Assembly: GCA_050010755.1 (NCBI GenBank)
Contig: JBEKKK010000001.1
Location: 32,001 to 96,000 of the forward strand
Direction: 5' to 3'
Length of the DNA stretch: 64,000 bases
DNA from: Candidatus Bathyarchaeia archaeon
GTDB taxonomy: Archaea; Thermoproteota; Bathyarchaeia; Bathyarchaeales; Bathycorpusculaceae
A program made the translations under genes and the position numbers. The stretch's first letter is position 1. Every line of letters begins with the position of its first letter. The notes below the pieces were generated by a model. The model had not been told where the DNA came from, made no database searches, and saw only the letters and a program-made list of their open reading frames with translations. Shown here one piece after another: positions 19,430 to 28,564 of this stretch.

Positions 19430-20338
19430 TCATTTGCCTAACAACGATCTAGCCAAGAGCAGTAAATTGCTTGGTTTTTCTCTCAATCTTCTAAGACTAT
19501 AGGGCAACCAGTTTTGGCCGTACGGTATGTACTCAGTGACTCTGTACCCGTTATTCAAAAGTTCACGCTTAAGATCGTCTCTGATGCCCTTCAGAAAAGC
19601 GAACTCGAAGTTTTTGGAGTATTCCTTACTCATTCTCATGGCCTCGTGAACCAGTCTGTCATCGTGAGTTGCAACAGAAAATAGGCTCGAGTTTTCTTTG
19701 AACAGATGTTCCATTAACTCCGCATAGTTCTTGTCTATCTCTTTTCTTGATTTGTATGCTATGGTCGCGGGTTCATTGTAGGCTCCTTTGACCAACCTAA
19801 TTTTTCCGCCGATTCTGAGCAATTCTTCAATGTCGTTCTCGCTTCTTCTCAGGTAGGCCTGGATGCATATTCCGATGTTTTTGCTCGCAGAAAACAGGGT
19901 GTTATAAATGTTGATAGTGGCGTCGGTAAACTCCGAGCCCTCCATGTCTATCCACACAAATTTTCTGAGCTTCCCAGCGTGACAAACTATCTCAACCATG
20001 TTTTTCTTGCAGTAATCTTGGTCAGCTTTGAGGCCAAGCTGAGTGAGCTTTACGGAGATACACCCCAAAATTCCATTGTGTTGCAATAGGTCGAGGATAT
20101 GCTCGTACTCTTTCAGCGCCTCTTCAACTTCGCTCGCAGTCTCAACTTCCTCCCCTAGGTAGTTCAATATAACACTGAAACCTTTGGCATTCGCAAGCGT
20201 GGAATAGCTAATTGCATCTGAAATCCTCTTGCCAGCTATCCAGTTCTTAGCCAACGGATAAGCTAGAAAAGAGACCAAAGGCACGTTCGTCATCTCAACC
20301 ACTTTATTCACGAACCTATTCACGGCTGAGCTTGACAC
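19430..20338 (-). CDS. Monofunctional proline dehydrogenase
   Basis: SVKLTQLG, IDME, QAYL, RLVKGAY, ATHD, YIPYG, RRLRE. Confidence 0.92.
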   Translation of the reverse strand: MSSSAVNRFVNKVVEMTNVPLVSFLAYPLAKNWIAGKRISDAISYSTLANAKGFSVILNYLGEEVETASEVEEALKEYEHILDLLQHNGILGCISVKLTQLGLKADQDYCKKNMVEIVCHAGKLRKFVWIDMEGSEFTDATINIYNTLFSASKNIGICIQAYLRRSENDIEELLRIGGKIRLVKGAYNEPATIAYKSRKEIDKNYAELMEHLFKENSSLFSVATHDDRLVHEAMRMSKEYSKNFEFAFLKGIRDDLKRELLNNGYRVTEYIPYGQNWLPYSLRRLREKPSNLLLLARSLLGK

Positions 20339-20418
20339 TCAATTGTAGAAATCCAGCTTAAATCTTTGCACAGAACACACGATTTGATTCTTGACAGAGT
20401 TATGAGCCGATGATTTGC

Positions 20419-20931
20419 TCACGTCGTCTGGCTCTTCGAGTTGTTCGTAGCCATCCTTCTTACAAGCTCTCTCAGCTGCGTGTCTTCGCCATGAACAAGT
20501 AAGAAGCCTTCATTTTGAACAATACAGGAAAGATGCAATTCGTCAGCAAACTTTTTTGACTCGTCGACTGACACAGTCGAAGGGTTGATACGAATCCATT
20601 TTGCGCCTCGCGGAACATTCGGAAGCAATTTTGGTTTCTCTTTTGTTTCCTCTGGGGCGTTTTTCGCTTGATCCAGCCGTGTAAACCATTTCTCAACGTA
20701 TTCAGGTTCAAAGACCATTTGTCCTTTAGACATGATATAGGATTCCACGTTGAAGAAGCATTTGTCAATCTCCTGACTGATATCGGCTTGACCGGTACCG
20801 GCTTCTGAGACGTGGACCAAGGTCTTTGCTGATTGCAGTTCTGTCATAGTATCAGATGGAATAAGGATTCCCTTTTCTTTCAAGTCAACGATCATTTCTT
20901 CAACAACTTTCCATGCGTCCAAATATCCCAT
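20419..20931 (-). CDS. DUF2096-like archaeal protein
   Basis: N-terminal W-x-V-x-E..DL..KG..IP and C-terminal PRG.KWIR pattern. Confidence 0.6.
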   Translation of the reverse strand: MGYLDAWKVVEEMIVDLKEKGILIPSDTMTELQSAKTLVHVSEAGTGQADISQEIDKCFFNVESYIMSKGQMVFEPEYVEKWFTRLDQAKNAPEETKEKPKLLPNVPRGAKWIRINPSTVSVDESKKFADELHLSCIVQNEGFLLVHGEDTQLRELVRRMATNNSKSQTT

Positions 20932-20934
20932 GGC

Positions 20935-23451
20935 TCATTCCTCCTCAACTGAAGCTACAACCAGTGGAGTAACATGTGTCTTGCTAGGAACTTGCGCGGT
21001 GGAGGTCTGTTGCACGATTGGCTCTGCCTTTTTCTTCAACAAATTCTCCAATATTGGACGCAGTTTCTGATTCTCTGCTTTGATTCTCTCCTTGCCTAAG
21101 GCGACCATCTGCCCGGTGGTTTGTTTGACGATCTCAGCAAACTTGACGCCCTCGGCAGCGGAAACATACTCTACGCGAAGTCTCTCTGAGCTTAACCCGA
21201 GCTTCTCAAGCATCTTCCCCAAGGCGTCCATTCTGGATTTCATCCTTCCGTTTCCGCTTATGTAGTGGCAATCGTAGGGTAGATGGCATGCTCCAACCAT
21301 GACCATGCCAGCGCCAAGCCTGAAAGCTTCAAGGACGAAGTCTCGATCAACTCTTCCCGAACACATCACACGAACAGGTCTTATCGTTGGTGGATACTCG
21401 ATTCTGCTCGTCCCTGCAAGGTCTGCTCCTGCATAACTGCACCAGTTACACAAGAACGCCAGAATCTTGTCTTCCGGATTTGTCTCCAGAGCTGCTCTGA
21501 TCTGGGCCAGTATCTGATCGTCCGTAAAGTGAAGTTGAGTCATTGCATTTGCGGGACATTCCGCAACGCACGTCCCGCACCCATGGCACGTGGCAGGTAT
21601 TACTTGAGCTGGTTGCTTTTCCTCGATTTTTATTGATCTGTGGGGGCATCTTTCTGCACAAATGCCACACTTAGCTGAAACATTTCTGCACTTGAGTGGG
21701 TCTACCACAGAAACTATAGGTTCGATCTTCCAAGTAGTCTTAGAGATTACAGTTGCAGCCCTTGAGGCTGCCCCACTGCCTTGCGAAACGCTGTACGGGA
21801 TGTCCTTTAATCCCTGACACGCACCCGCAAAGAATATCCCATCGGTGGGCGCATCCATTGGTTTGAGCTTGGGGTGGCTCTCCATGAAAAAGCCATCTGT
21901 TCCCCGGGTTAGACCTAGTATCCGCGCAATTTCCTCGGTACCTTTCTTGGGTATGGCGGCTGTTGCGAGAACAACCATCTCGGACTCAACCTCTATGGGT
22001 TGCCCCAGCATCATGTCCTCAGAGTGTAAAATCAAGTTGCGAGTCTCAGGGACTTCAGTAATTCGGCTTACGCGTCCGCGAACAAAGGTTACGCCAAGCT
22101 CTCTTGCGCGCTGATAGAATTCTTCAAAACCCTTGAAATTGCTCCGCATATCCATGTAGAAAATGTAGACTTCAACATCTTCCTTATACTTCTCTTTGAG
22201 CTGAATCGCGTGTTTCAAAGTGTACATGCAACAGAAGTTTGAACAATATGGATATTTCTTTACGTCACGCGAACCGACGCACTGAATGAACGACATGGTG
22301 TGGGGTTTCTTTCCATCGGAAGCCCTGATAACCTTTCCTCCTGTCGGACCCGCCGCGAGTATGAGTCTCTCAAACTCCATAGACGTGAGCACGTTTGCAT
22401 ATTTACCGTAGCCCAAAAGCGGATTATCAAACGGGAGGTATAAGTCATAACCAGTCGCTACAATTATCGCACCGACTTCGATCTCGACTTCTTCTGGTTT
22501 CTGCTCGAAATTTATGGCCTGTCTTGCTCCACAAGCATCAACGCACTTGTAGCATTCGATGCAGTAATCCCTGTTTATGGTGTAGGTCAGTGGAACCGCT
22601 TGGTCGAAAGGAACGGATATTGCCTTTCTAACGCCTAAGTTCTGGTCCCATTCATTCGGATATTCGATTGGACAAACTTCCTTGCACTCGCCACATCCAG
22701 TACAGTTGTGAGCGATCACGTAGCGCGGGTTTTTCCGAATTTTGACTTTAAAATTACCTACGAACCCGTCTACGCTCAGCAAGTCCGCATAGTCTATTAT
22801 TTCAATATTAGGATGCCTTTTCACATCAACCATCTTCGGGCCTTCAATGCATATGCTGCAATCGAGAGTCGGAAAGGTTTTGTCTAGCTGCGCCATGTGT
22901 CCTCCTATGCTTTCACCTTTCTCGAGCAGGTACACCTTGAAGCCCATTTCGGCCAAGTCAAGCGAGGCATTCATTCCAGCTATGCCGCCCCCTATAATCA
23001 ACGCTTTGTTCGTTACCGGGACCTCTATCTTCTGAAGAGGCGCTAACAGTCTCACCTTCGCGACGGCCATTTTTATCAAATCTTTGGCTTTATCCGTCGC
23101 AGCTTCGGGAGTGCTGGGGTGACACCACGATGCAAATTCACGGATATTTGCCATTTCAAAGAGAAACGGGTTCAAGCCGACCTCTGAAACCGTTCTCCGA
23201 AACGTAGCCTCGTGCATGCGAGGCGAGCACGCTGCCACGACAACACGATTGAGCCTATGTGCTTTAACGGCCTTTTTGATTTCTTCCTGTCCAGGATCGG
23301 CGCACGTGTACCGGTTATCTTTCACATAGACAACGTCTGGCAGAGTTCCCGCAAACTCAAGAAGTTTTTGAATGTTCAGCACTCCGGCTATGTTTAGACC
23401 GCAGTGACAAACGAAAACCCCTACCCTCGGCTTTTCAACTTCCTTTTCCAT
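20935..23451 (-). CDS. hdrA: HdrA-MvhD fusion (intact [2Fe-2S] ligands)
   Basis: CHCG, GGGIAG, KTFPTLDC, CVGSR..YCSNFCC; C-terminal LCNWCSY, MCSGR, GACH..DCHY. Likely start is the ATG at 23451. Confidence 0.93.
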   Translation of the reverse strand: MEKEVEKPRVGVFVCHCGLNIAGVLNIQKLLEFAGTLPDVVYVKDNRYTCADPGQEEIKKAVKAHRLNRVVVAACSPRMHEATFRRTVSEVGLNPFLFEMANIREFASWCHPSTPEAATDKAKDLIKMAVAKVRLLAPLQKIEVPVTNKALIIGGGIAGMNASLDLAEMGFKVYLLEKGESIGGHMAQLDKTFPTLDCSICIEGPKMVDVKRHPNIEIIDYADLLSVDGFVGNFKVKIRKNPRYVIAHNCTGCGECKEVCPIEYPNEWDQNLGVRKAISVPFDQAVPLTYTINRDYCIECYKCVDACGARQAINFEQKPEEVEIEVGAIIVATGYDLYLPFDNPLLGYGKYANVLTSMEFERLILAAGPTGGKVIRASDGKKPHTMSFIQCVGSRDVKKYPYCSNFCCMYTLKHAIQLKEKYKEDVEVYIFYMDMRSNFKGFEEFYQRARELGVTFVRGRVSRITEVPETRNLILHSEDMMLGQPIEVESEMVVLATAAIPKKGTEEIARILGLTRGTDGFFMESHPKLKPMDAPTDGIFFAGACQGLKDIPYSVSQGSGAASRAATVISKTTWKIEPIVSVVDPLKCRNVSAKCGICAERCPHRSIKIEEKQPAQVIPATCHGCGTCVAECPANAMTQLHFTDDQILAQIRAALETNPEDKILAFLCNWCSYAGADLAGTSRIEYPPTIRPVRVMCSGRVDRDFVLEAFRLGAGMVMVGACHLPYDCHYISGNGRMKSRMDALGKMLEKLGLSSERLRVEYVSAAEGVKFAEIVKQTTGQMVALGKERIKAENQKLRPILENLLKKKAEPIVQQTSTAQVPSKTHVTPLVVASVEEE

Positions 23452-23478
23452 GGTCTGGATACGAATCGCCCCCCACGT

Positions 23479-23500
23479 TATGATTATAATAATTATCATA
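23479..23500. promoter_or_regulatory. Palindromic candidate operator upstream of hdrA2
   Basis: TATGAT-TATAATAATT-ATCATA, just downstream of a minus-strand TTAATATA. Confidence 0.6.
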
Positions 23501-23856
23501 AAAAGTATATTAATCTTCCTGACAGGCAACCGCATTTCACACCTTAACCTCGAATGGTTCTTTGGAGCCTCTTGGTGACAGAAGAAAAACTCTCTTGAAC
23601 GGAAATCTTATATTGATTTGTATCATATCAATAATATTAAGGTGCGTCATGCTGAGAACTTTCGCCTCCTTTACTTTGCAAACACAATTTTTTGACATGC
23701 ATGACGCATCTCAACAATTCCAAACGAGCCCATACGCACTTTCCGAATTTCCCGCGCGCGTTATCGTTAGCGGTTATGCGGTTTTTTTGTGGTTGAGAAC
23801 AGAGCGTTCTACCCCGTTTCTCAAGTTCCAAGAGATTATTTGGATGACCAAAGGGC

Positions 23857-25041
23857 ATGACGGCTGTTGAGGGGCAAAAGGAGATTTCTCGTTACCGCTG
23901 GCTAGTGCTGTTTGCGTCCCTGTTAGCTTTCATGATGTATGGTTTTGCTCTTCAGTCAGTGCCTCCTTTGCTGCAGCAGTTCAAAATCATCTTCGGCGTA
24001 AACGACGCGACGGCAGGGCTCCTCATGTCCATAGTCGTTATTCCAGGAATTGTTCTGGCGTTACCAGCCGGCGTATTAATTGATAGGCATGGTTTCCACA
24101 AAATCGGGTTCCTGTCCGTTTTGACAATTGCAGCCGGCAGCCTATTGATGGCAATCTCTCAGAGCTTCTTTTGGGCACTCTTTGCCAGATTCATTGTGGG
24201 CTTCGGCGGCGGTTTGATCTCCGTTGGCACGCCATCGATTGTTCCCCAATGGTTCGAACGCAGAGAGATGGGAAAAGCCATGGGAGTTTACGCGGTGGGC
24301 ATGCCCGCAGCCACGACGGCGGCGTTCTTTGCAGCGCCCGTCTTGGCGCAGAGTTTTGGTTGGCAGTCGCCGTTTTACACTACAGTTGTTATTTCGTTGA
24401 TTTCGGCGGCGTTTTTCTGGGCAACTGTGAGAGACGGTCCGTTGAAGAGTCAGGCAACCGTTGCCAAGTTGTCTGAGGCTGGGCAGGTTTTCCGTATCGG
24501 CGAGGTTTGGAAGGTGAGTCTTGTTTGGATGTTTTTCAACATGGTTGCCATCGGCTTCCTCACATGGGCGCCCGAATTGTTCGTCACGTTTAGAGGGTTG
24601 ATGCCCTTGTCGGCCAGCATTCTCGCGAGTTTAATCATGATTGCAAACTTCTTTTTCGTTCCCTTTTACGGGTGGGCTTCCGACAGAGTGGGCAGACGCA
24701 AACCCTTCATAATCGCAGGACCCGTCGCTATGGCGTTGAGCCTTTACGCCATCTCCTATGCAACGGGCATTTTCCTGCCAGTTTCCATCTTTATTCTTGG
24801 AGCTTCAGCAGGGGCGGTCCCGCCGATTGTGATGGCGATTACGGGGCAGACTTTGCCTCCGAAATTGGCGGGCATGGGTTTTGGCGTCGTTACGTTCTCG
24901 CAGAACATCGGCATCACGCTGACTGCTCCTATAATTGGGTACTTCATACAGGTTACGGGTTCTTTGCCTCTGACTTTTTTAGGCATGTCCGTTTTCGCCT
25001 TTTGCGGGGCTGCAGTAGCCTTAACGGCTCGGACAAGATAG
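23857..25041 (+). CDS. MFS transporter
   Basis: 12 TM; motif A GVLIDRHG and GWASDRVGRR. Confidence 0.9.
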   Translation: MTAVEGQKEISRYRWLVLFASLLAFMMYGFALQSVPPLLQQFKIIFGVNDATAGLLMSIVVIPGIVLALPAGVLIDRHGFHKIGFLSVLTIAAGSLLMAISQSFFWALFARFIVGFGGGLISVGTPSIVPQWFERREMGKAMGVYAVGMPAATTAAFFAAPVLAQSFGWQSPFYTTVVISLISAAFFWATVRDGPLKSQATVAKLSEAGQVFRIGEVWKVSLVWMFFNMVAIGFLTWAPELFVTFRGLMPLSASILASLIMIANFFFVPFYGWASDRVGRRKPFIIAGPVAMALSLYAISYATGIFLPVSIFILGASAGAVPPIVMAITGQTLPPKLAGMGFGVVTFSQNIGITLTAPIIGYFIQVTGSLPLTFLGMSVFAFCGAAVALTARTR

Positions 25042-25593
25042 CGTAACCTCTTCCCCAGAAATGATACGTTTGATCTTGATAATCAAGGCGTGGTTGATTC
25101 CAGCGTAGTTCTCTTCCTAGCGCGCGCCATGATCTTTCAAGAACCCAGCTTCGAAAGGATTCTTCCAATCTGGTCATCACGTTTCCTTAGTTATGGACGT
25201 TGAACCTCGCGTAGACAGTTCAAGCTGTTCGCCGAAACCCTCTTGACATAAACGTTCTTAATGACAATGCTGTCACCTAATTTCAAGTCTCTCGCGAAAT
25301 CCGCGGAGCGCACGCGGAGACTACTTCGTCCAGTGTCTTCAATTATGAACAGAGATTCGTTCAGAGGTGGTCCTCCGTGGAGAAAGGGTGGCGGTACTTG
25401 AACCTATTTGGGCATTTGAGACGGCAGCCCTAAACCAGTTGGCCAAGACAAAGAGAATGCTGGTCATAGGATATTTGAAGCAAGGGGCTCGAACCCATTT
25501 GGGTCTAAGTCCGGGCAGGCCCTCAAGTGTTTTCTTGTTGAACGTGCAAACGATAAGATTTATTAAATATTAATATTTAATATACGAACTCGG

Positions 25594-25980
25594 TTGAACA
25601 GTATGCACAAAACACAAGACTTACGGGAATCTGAGGAAGACTGCCCCAAAAAAACTGGCGAAAAAGGCTTCGCGTGCGACGAATGTGGAGGAACGTTCCA
25701 GAGACCGATCTTAGCAACAGTTTTGACAAGCGACCAACCGCAAACCTACTACGCATGTCCACGATGCATGACCAAGGTTCAAAGCTTCAAAGTAGAATCG
25801 AAAAAGAATGAAGAAGAAACCCCAATTTTGGCCATGGAATCTGAGAGGCTGAAGAACGAGCCAGAAAGCACCGTTAAGTGCGGACATTTCCTCGGTTATC
25901 TACACAAGCATCAAAAGAACACGCCTTTTCCCGACGAGTGTTTAACGTGTGAGAGAATGTTTGAATGCATGCGTCACTGA
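25594..25980 (+). CDS. Double zinc-finger hypothetical protein
   Basis: CDEC..CPRC and CGH..CLTC..C. Confidence 0.7.
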   Translation: MNSMHKTQDLRESEEDCPKKTGEKGFACDECGGTFQRPILATVLTSDQPQTYYACPRCMTKVQSFKVESKKNEEETPILAMESERLKNEPESTVKCGHFLGYLHKHQKNTPFPDECLTCERMFECMRH

Positions 25981-26726
25981 AAAGACCACACAAGACTCAA
26001 CGGAAATGTTGAGGACCAAATATTTCTGAAGAAACGCTTCCCTCACAGCCCGAGCTGACGCTAGGACCTTTTGTTGAGACCAGATTTACACTGCCCACTA
26101 GAAGCACAAAGTAGCATTCGACGACAAGCAAGGCTTAGGCATCCTGATTGAGATGAAACCATGAAAGCGATGCCTCATCCCGCAAGTAAACATCAGGGGT
26201 CTGTCCGTCATAAGTTCTTCATCTTATAAATCAGACTGGGACGGCTACATCATCCCCCAAACCTTAGCAGCGTTCCAGACAGATAAACTGTTTGCGAGCG
26301 TTTTTATCGCTGAAAAAGTGCAAATTTATGCATTGTTTCCAAATCAGTAATATATCGCATTTCGAAGACAGTTGATGCTTTCATTTTCATAGATTCTCAA
26401 GAATGATTGAACATGATCCATCAGAATGTGCCAGCCGACCCGCTCGAATGGAAGATTCTTCTATAACAATCTTCCACAAGGATTATGTATTCTTCAAGAG
26501 AGTCTTCACAGGAAAGAGAAGGGAAGAAACAAAAACAAGGCGAGGGAAAAGACAGGGGAGAAAGGAAGAATATCTTGTCTTTTCCCCCTCCACAAAGTAT
26601 TCTATGCAGCTTTTTACTTAAGTCGTTGTCGCTTTCCCTTGGCGCGTTCTTCCATGTCCCATGGACCACATTGGGGCAACAATCGAAGACAAAAATTAAG
26701 ATCATTGGGCAGGAAAAAAAGGAAGC

Positions 26727-27047
26727 CTAATGGTCGTCCAGTCTCTTTTGAAGTGCTTTTATTGTACCTGAAACGGCTAAGACGTGCATGGCCACGGGCT
26801 TTTTTCCAACCTGGCTTATTGATGCCAATGCGGTTCGAAGCATTTCAAGCGTCGTATGCCCAGTGCGAACAATCGCCAACTTTTTGGTCGCATCATAATC
26901 AATCAGACTCAACCCAGCTTGGCTCGCACCGTACTCCCCGAAAAGCCTAGAAACAGCCCCCCAGACAGCATCCATGAAATCGCGGGAACCCAACGTCTCA
27001 TCGGAGTCTATCGACACCGCTAGATAGCGACGCTTCACTACCTTCAA
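26727..27047 (-). CDS. rnp2: RNase P protein Pop5/Rpp14
   Basis: KRRYL, LFGEYG, VSGTIK; adjacent to Rpp30. Confidence 0.9.
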   Translation of the reverse strand: MKVVKRRYLAVSIDSDETLGSRDFMDAVWGAVSRLFGEYGASQAGLSLIDYDATKKLAIVRTGHTTLEMLRTALASISQVGKKPVAMHVLAVSGTIKALQKRLDDH

Positions 27048-27775
27048 CCGTTTCCTCCTCTTCTGACAATCATTACTCCAGGAGCGACAAACTTGGAGCC
27101 AAGCTTCTCCCTGTTCCTTTTCACTATTGCCATGGGATTCTTGGAAACCGCTTCACAAGCCCCCCTTCCGGACAAGTCGAAAAGCGATGCCAACGCCGCA
27201 AGCTCCCTCGGTCTGCGCATCAGCATCTCATCCGAGACTCCACTCGATATCACGACTGGAACGTGAAATTCTCGAGCTGTGGCCGCTTCTCGGCGCAAAC
27301 TCGAAAGAAGCCTTATTCTTGCCGGTCCTTCCAGGGTCAATAAGGGTTTCACGTCTATTTCAAGAGAAGCCAAACAGTTTGAGGCCAATTCGGCTTCGGC
27401 CGCATCGAAGAAGCCTCTGCGAAAGTCGGGTTGAGGAAAGTTCAGCAGGTCCACCCGACGGTCTTTTGCCGCTTGCCTTGCAACATTTTTCGATTCACAC
27501 ATCACAGCGACTACATCGAACCTGCGTCTGAGTTTCCGCAAGAAGCCGATGAGCTCTTCCGGCGTGTGCGGCCTCAGATCCACGCGGGACGCGAAGTCCA
27601 AGTTGCATCTGTCGCAAGTTTCCCGTGCCTGCCTAATCTGCTCTTCAGAAAACTTTCGAGACGGAATCGCAATCAATGTGTAACCGAGTTTCGACGCCTT
27701 GCCCACTGCACGTGAAAACAGCTCCATCTTGTCGCCGTCCACGCAGAGATGCAGATCCGAGTAAACCCGTTTCAT
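27044..27775 (-). CDS. rnp3: RNase P protein Rpp30
   Basis: DLH, RVDLL, VISSG..RRPREL PHP-like barrel. Confidence 0.88.
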   Translation of the reverse strand: MKRVYSDLHLCVDGDKMELFSRAVGKASKLGYTLIAIPSRKFSEEQIRQARETCDRCNLDFASRVDLRPHTPEELIGFLRKLRRRFDVVAVMCESKNVARQAAKDRRVDLLNFPQPDFRRGFFDAAEAELASNCLASLEIDVKPLLTLEGPARIRLLSSLRREAATAREFHVPVVISSGVSDEMLMRRPRELAALASLFDLSGRGACEAVSKNPMAIVKRNREKLGSKFVAPGVMIVRRGGNG

Positions 27776-28224
27776 GGTAGTAACCCGAATTTTCTGCAGA
27801 TGTCTATCACTTCTTCGGTGCTGGGTTTCCTGAAGTGCATTCGCACATGTATGGGATCTGGGGAGCCTAACCTGAACTCGCCCAAGTAAGCAGATTGTTT
27901 GTCGAGGCGTATGAACAAGTTACCACTCTCCACGTGCTGAGCGATTTCGCTGTTCAAAGCTTCTTTGTCCACCATGGCAAGGTTCGAGGCAAGCTTCTCA
28001 AGAAGCATCCTAGCCGCCTTCTTGTTCTTGATTCGCGCTTCGAACAACGTTATTGGGTTTCCATGATGCCCCGTCAAAGCCGTCCTCTTGAACGTGACGG
28101 TATCTGCCGATTCCGCTGGCAGAATGTTGCGGACAGCCTTCAGAACTCTTTCCAAGTCTTCCGTTGCATGGGCAAAAACTCGCACGTCAACGTATGCAAT
28201 CGGAGCCACGGAAGACAAAAACAC
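27772..28224 (-). CDS. DUF54-type putative RNA-binding protein
   Basis: HATED..V..A, GHHGNPI, RLDKQ; conserved position next to rnp3. Confidence 0.85.
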   Translation of the reverse strand: MFLSSVAPIAYVDVRVFAHATEDLERVLKAVRNILPAESADTVTFKRTALTGHHGNPITLFEARIKNKKAARMLLEKLASNLAMVDKEALNSEIAQHVESGNLFIRLDKQSAYLGEFRLGSPDPIHVRMHFRKPSTEEVIDICRKFGLLP

Positions 28225-28249
28225 ATCACTTATACCCTGTTGGCGCCTG

Positions 28250-28561
28250 TCAGCTTTTAGGCTTTCCCTTCTGCTTTGGTTTGGGAGCTACCTTCTGCTT
28301 TGGTTTGGGAGCTACCTTCGGCGTCGGTGTTGGAGCCGGTTTCGGCTTTGGTTTGGAAGCGAGTCTCCTGTCTTTAACGAAGGTTTTGGCATCCTCGACG
28401 TTCTTGTCGTGGGATGTTTTTCTCTTATCGTCCACTGGTAGGCCGAGTTTTACAGCTTCTTTCAGGCTTGATCCAGCCTTTTTCAATTCTTCTCGGCTGA
28501 AACCCCTTCCGAACCGTTCTTTCCCATCGTTCTTGAATACTTTCGGCCTCGTTGGTGTCAA
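28250..28561 (-). CDS. rpl13e: 50S ribosomal protein L13e with Pro/Lys-rich tail
   Basis: R.GRGFSREELKKAG..LGLPVD.KRKT. Confidence 0.9.
   Translation of the reverse strand: MTPTRPKVFKNDGKERFGRGFSREELKKAGSSLKEAVKLGLPVDDKRKTSHDKNVEDAKTFVKDRRLASKPKPKPAPTPTPKVAPKPKQKVAPKPKQKGKPKS
28267..28319. repeat. 24-bp tandem repeat (~2.2 copies) encoding KVAPKPKQ
   Basis: CCTTCTGCTTTGGTTTGGGAGCTA at 28267-28290 and 28291-28314. Confidence 0.9.
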
Positions 28562-28564
28562 GGA

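Noticed and set aside
14546-23451. Evidence of methanogenesis or selenocysteine in Hdr
   Set aside because: Hdr and CofE occur widely in non-methanogens, no mcr/mtr genes are present here, and the frames contain no internal TGA.
24953-25180. 75-aa minus-strand ORF or C/D box RNA starting GTGATGA
   Set aside because: It overlaps the MFS 3' end antisense, has no recognisable motif, and has no well-placed CTGA D box.
25507-25522. AAGTCCGGGCAGGCCC resembles a tRNA 3' end (att site or split tRNA)
   Set aside because: No matching T-stem 5' strand or acceptor 5' half nearby and no integrase; 16 nt is too short to call.
26137-26175. Hammerhead- or fluoride-riboswitch-like segment AGGCATC-CTGATTGA...GAAA-GC-GATGCCT
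   Set aside because: The core has an extra base, and stem III and the cleavage triplet are missing. The riboswitch consensus is only partly met; only a 7-bp stem is supportable.
25040-26720. RNase P RNA or SRP RNA expected near rnp2/rnp3
   Set aside because: I found no GAGGAAAGTCC-type P4 sequence or SRP helix 8 motif on either strand.
26403-26730. Overlapping short ORFs downstream of rnp2
   Set aside because: Low-complexity purine/pyrimidine tracts with no motifs; probably a terminator/intergenic region.
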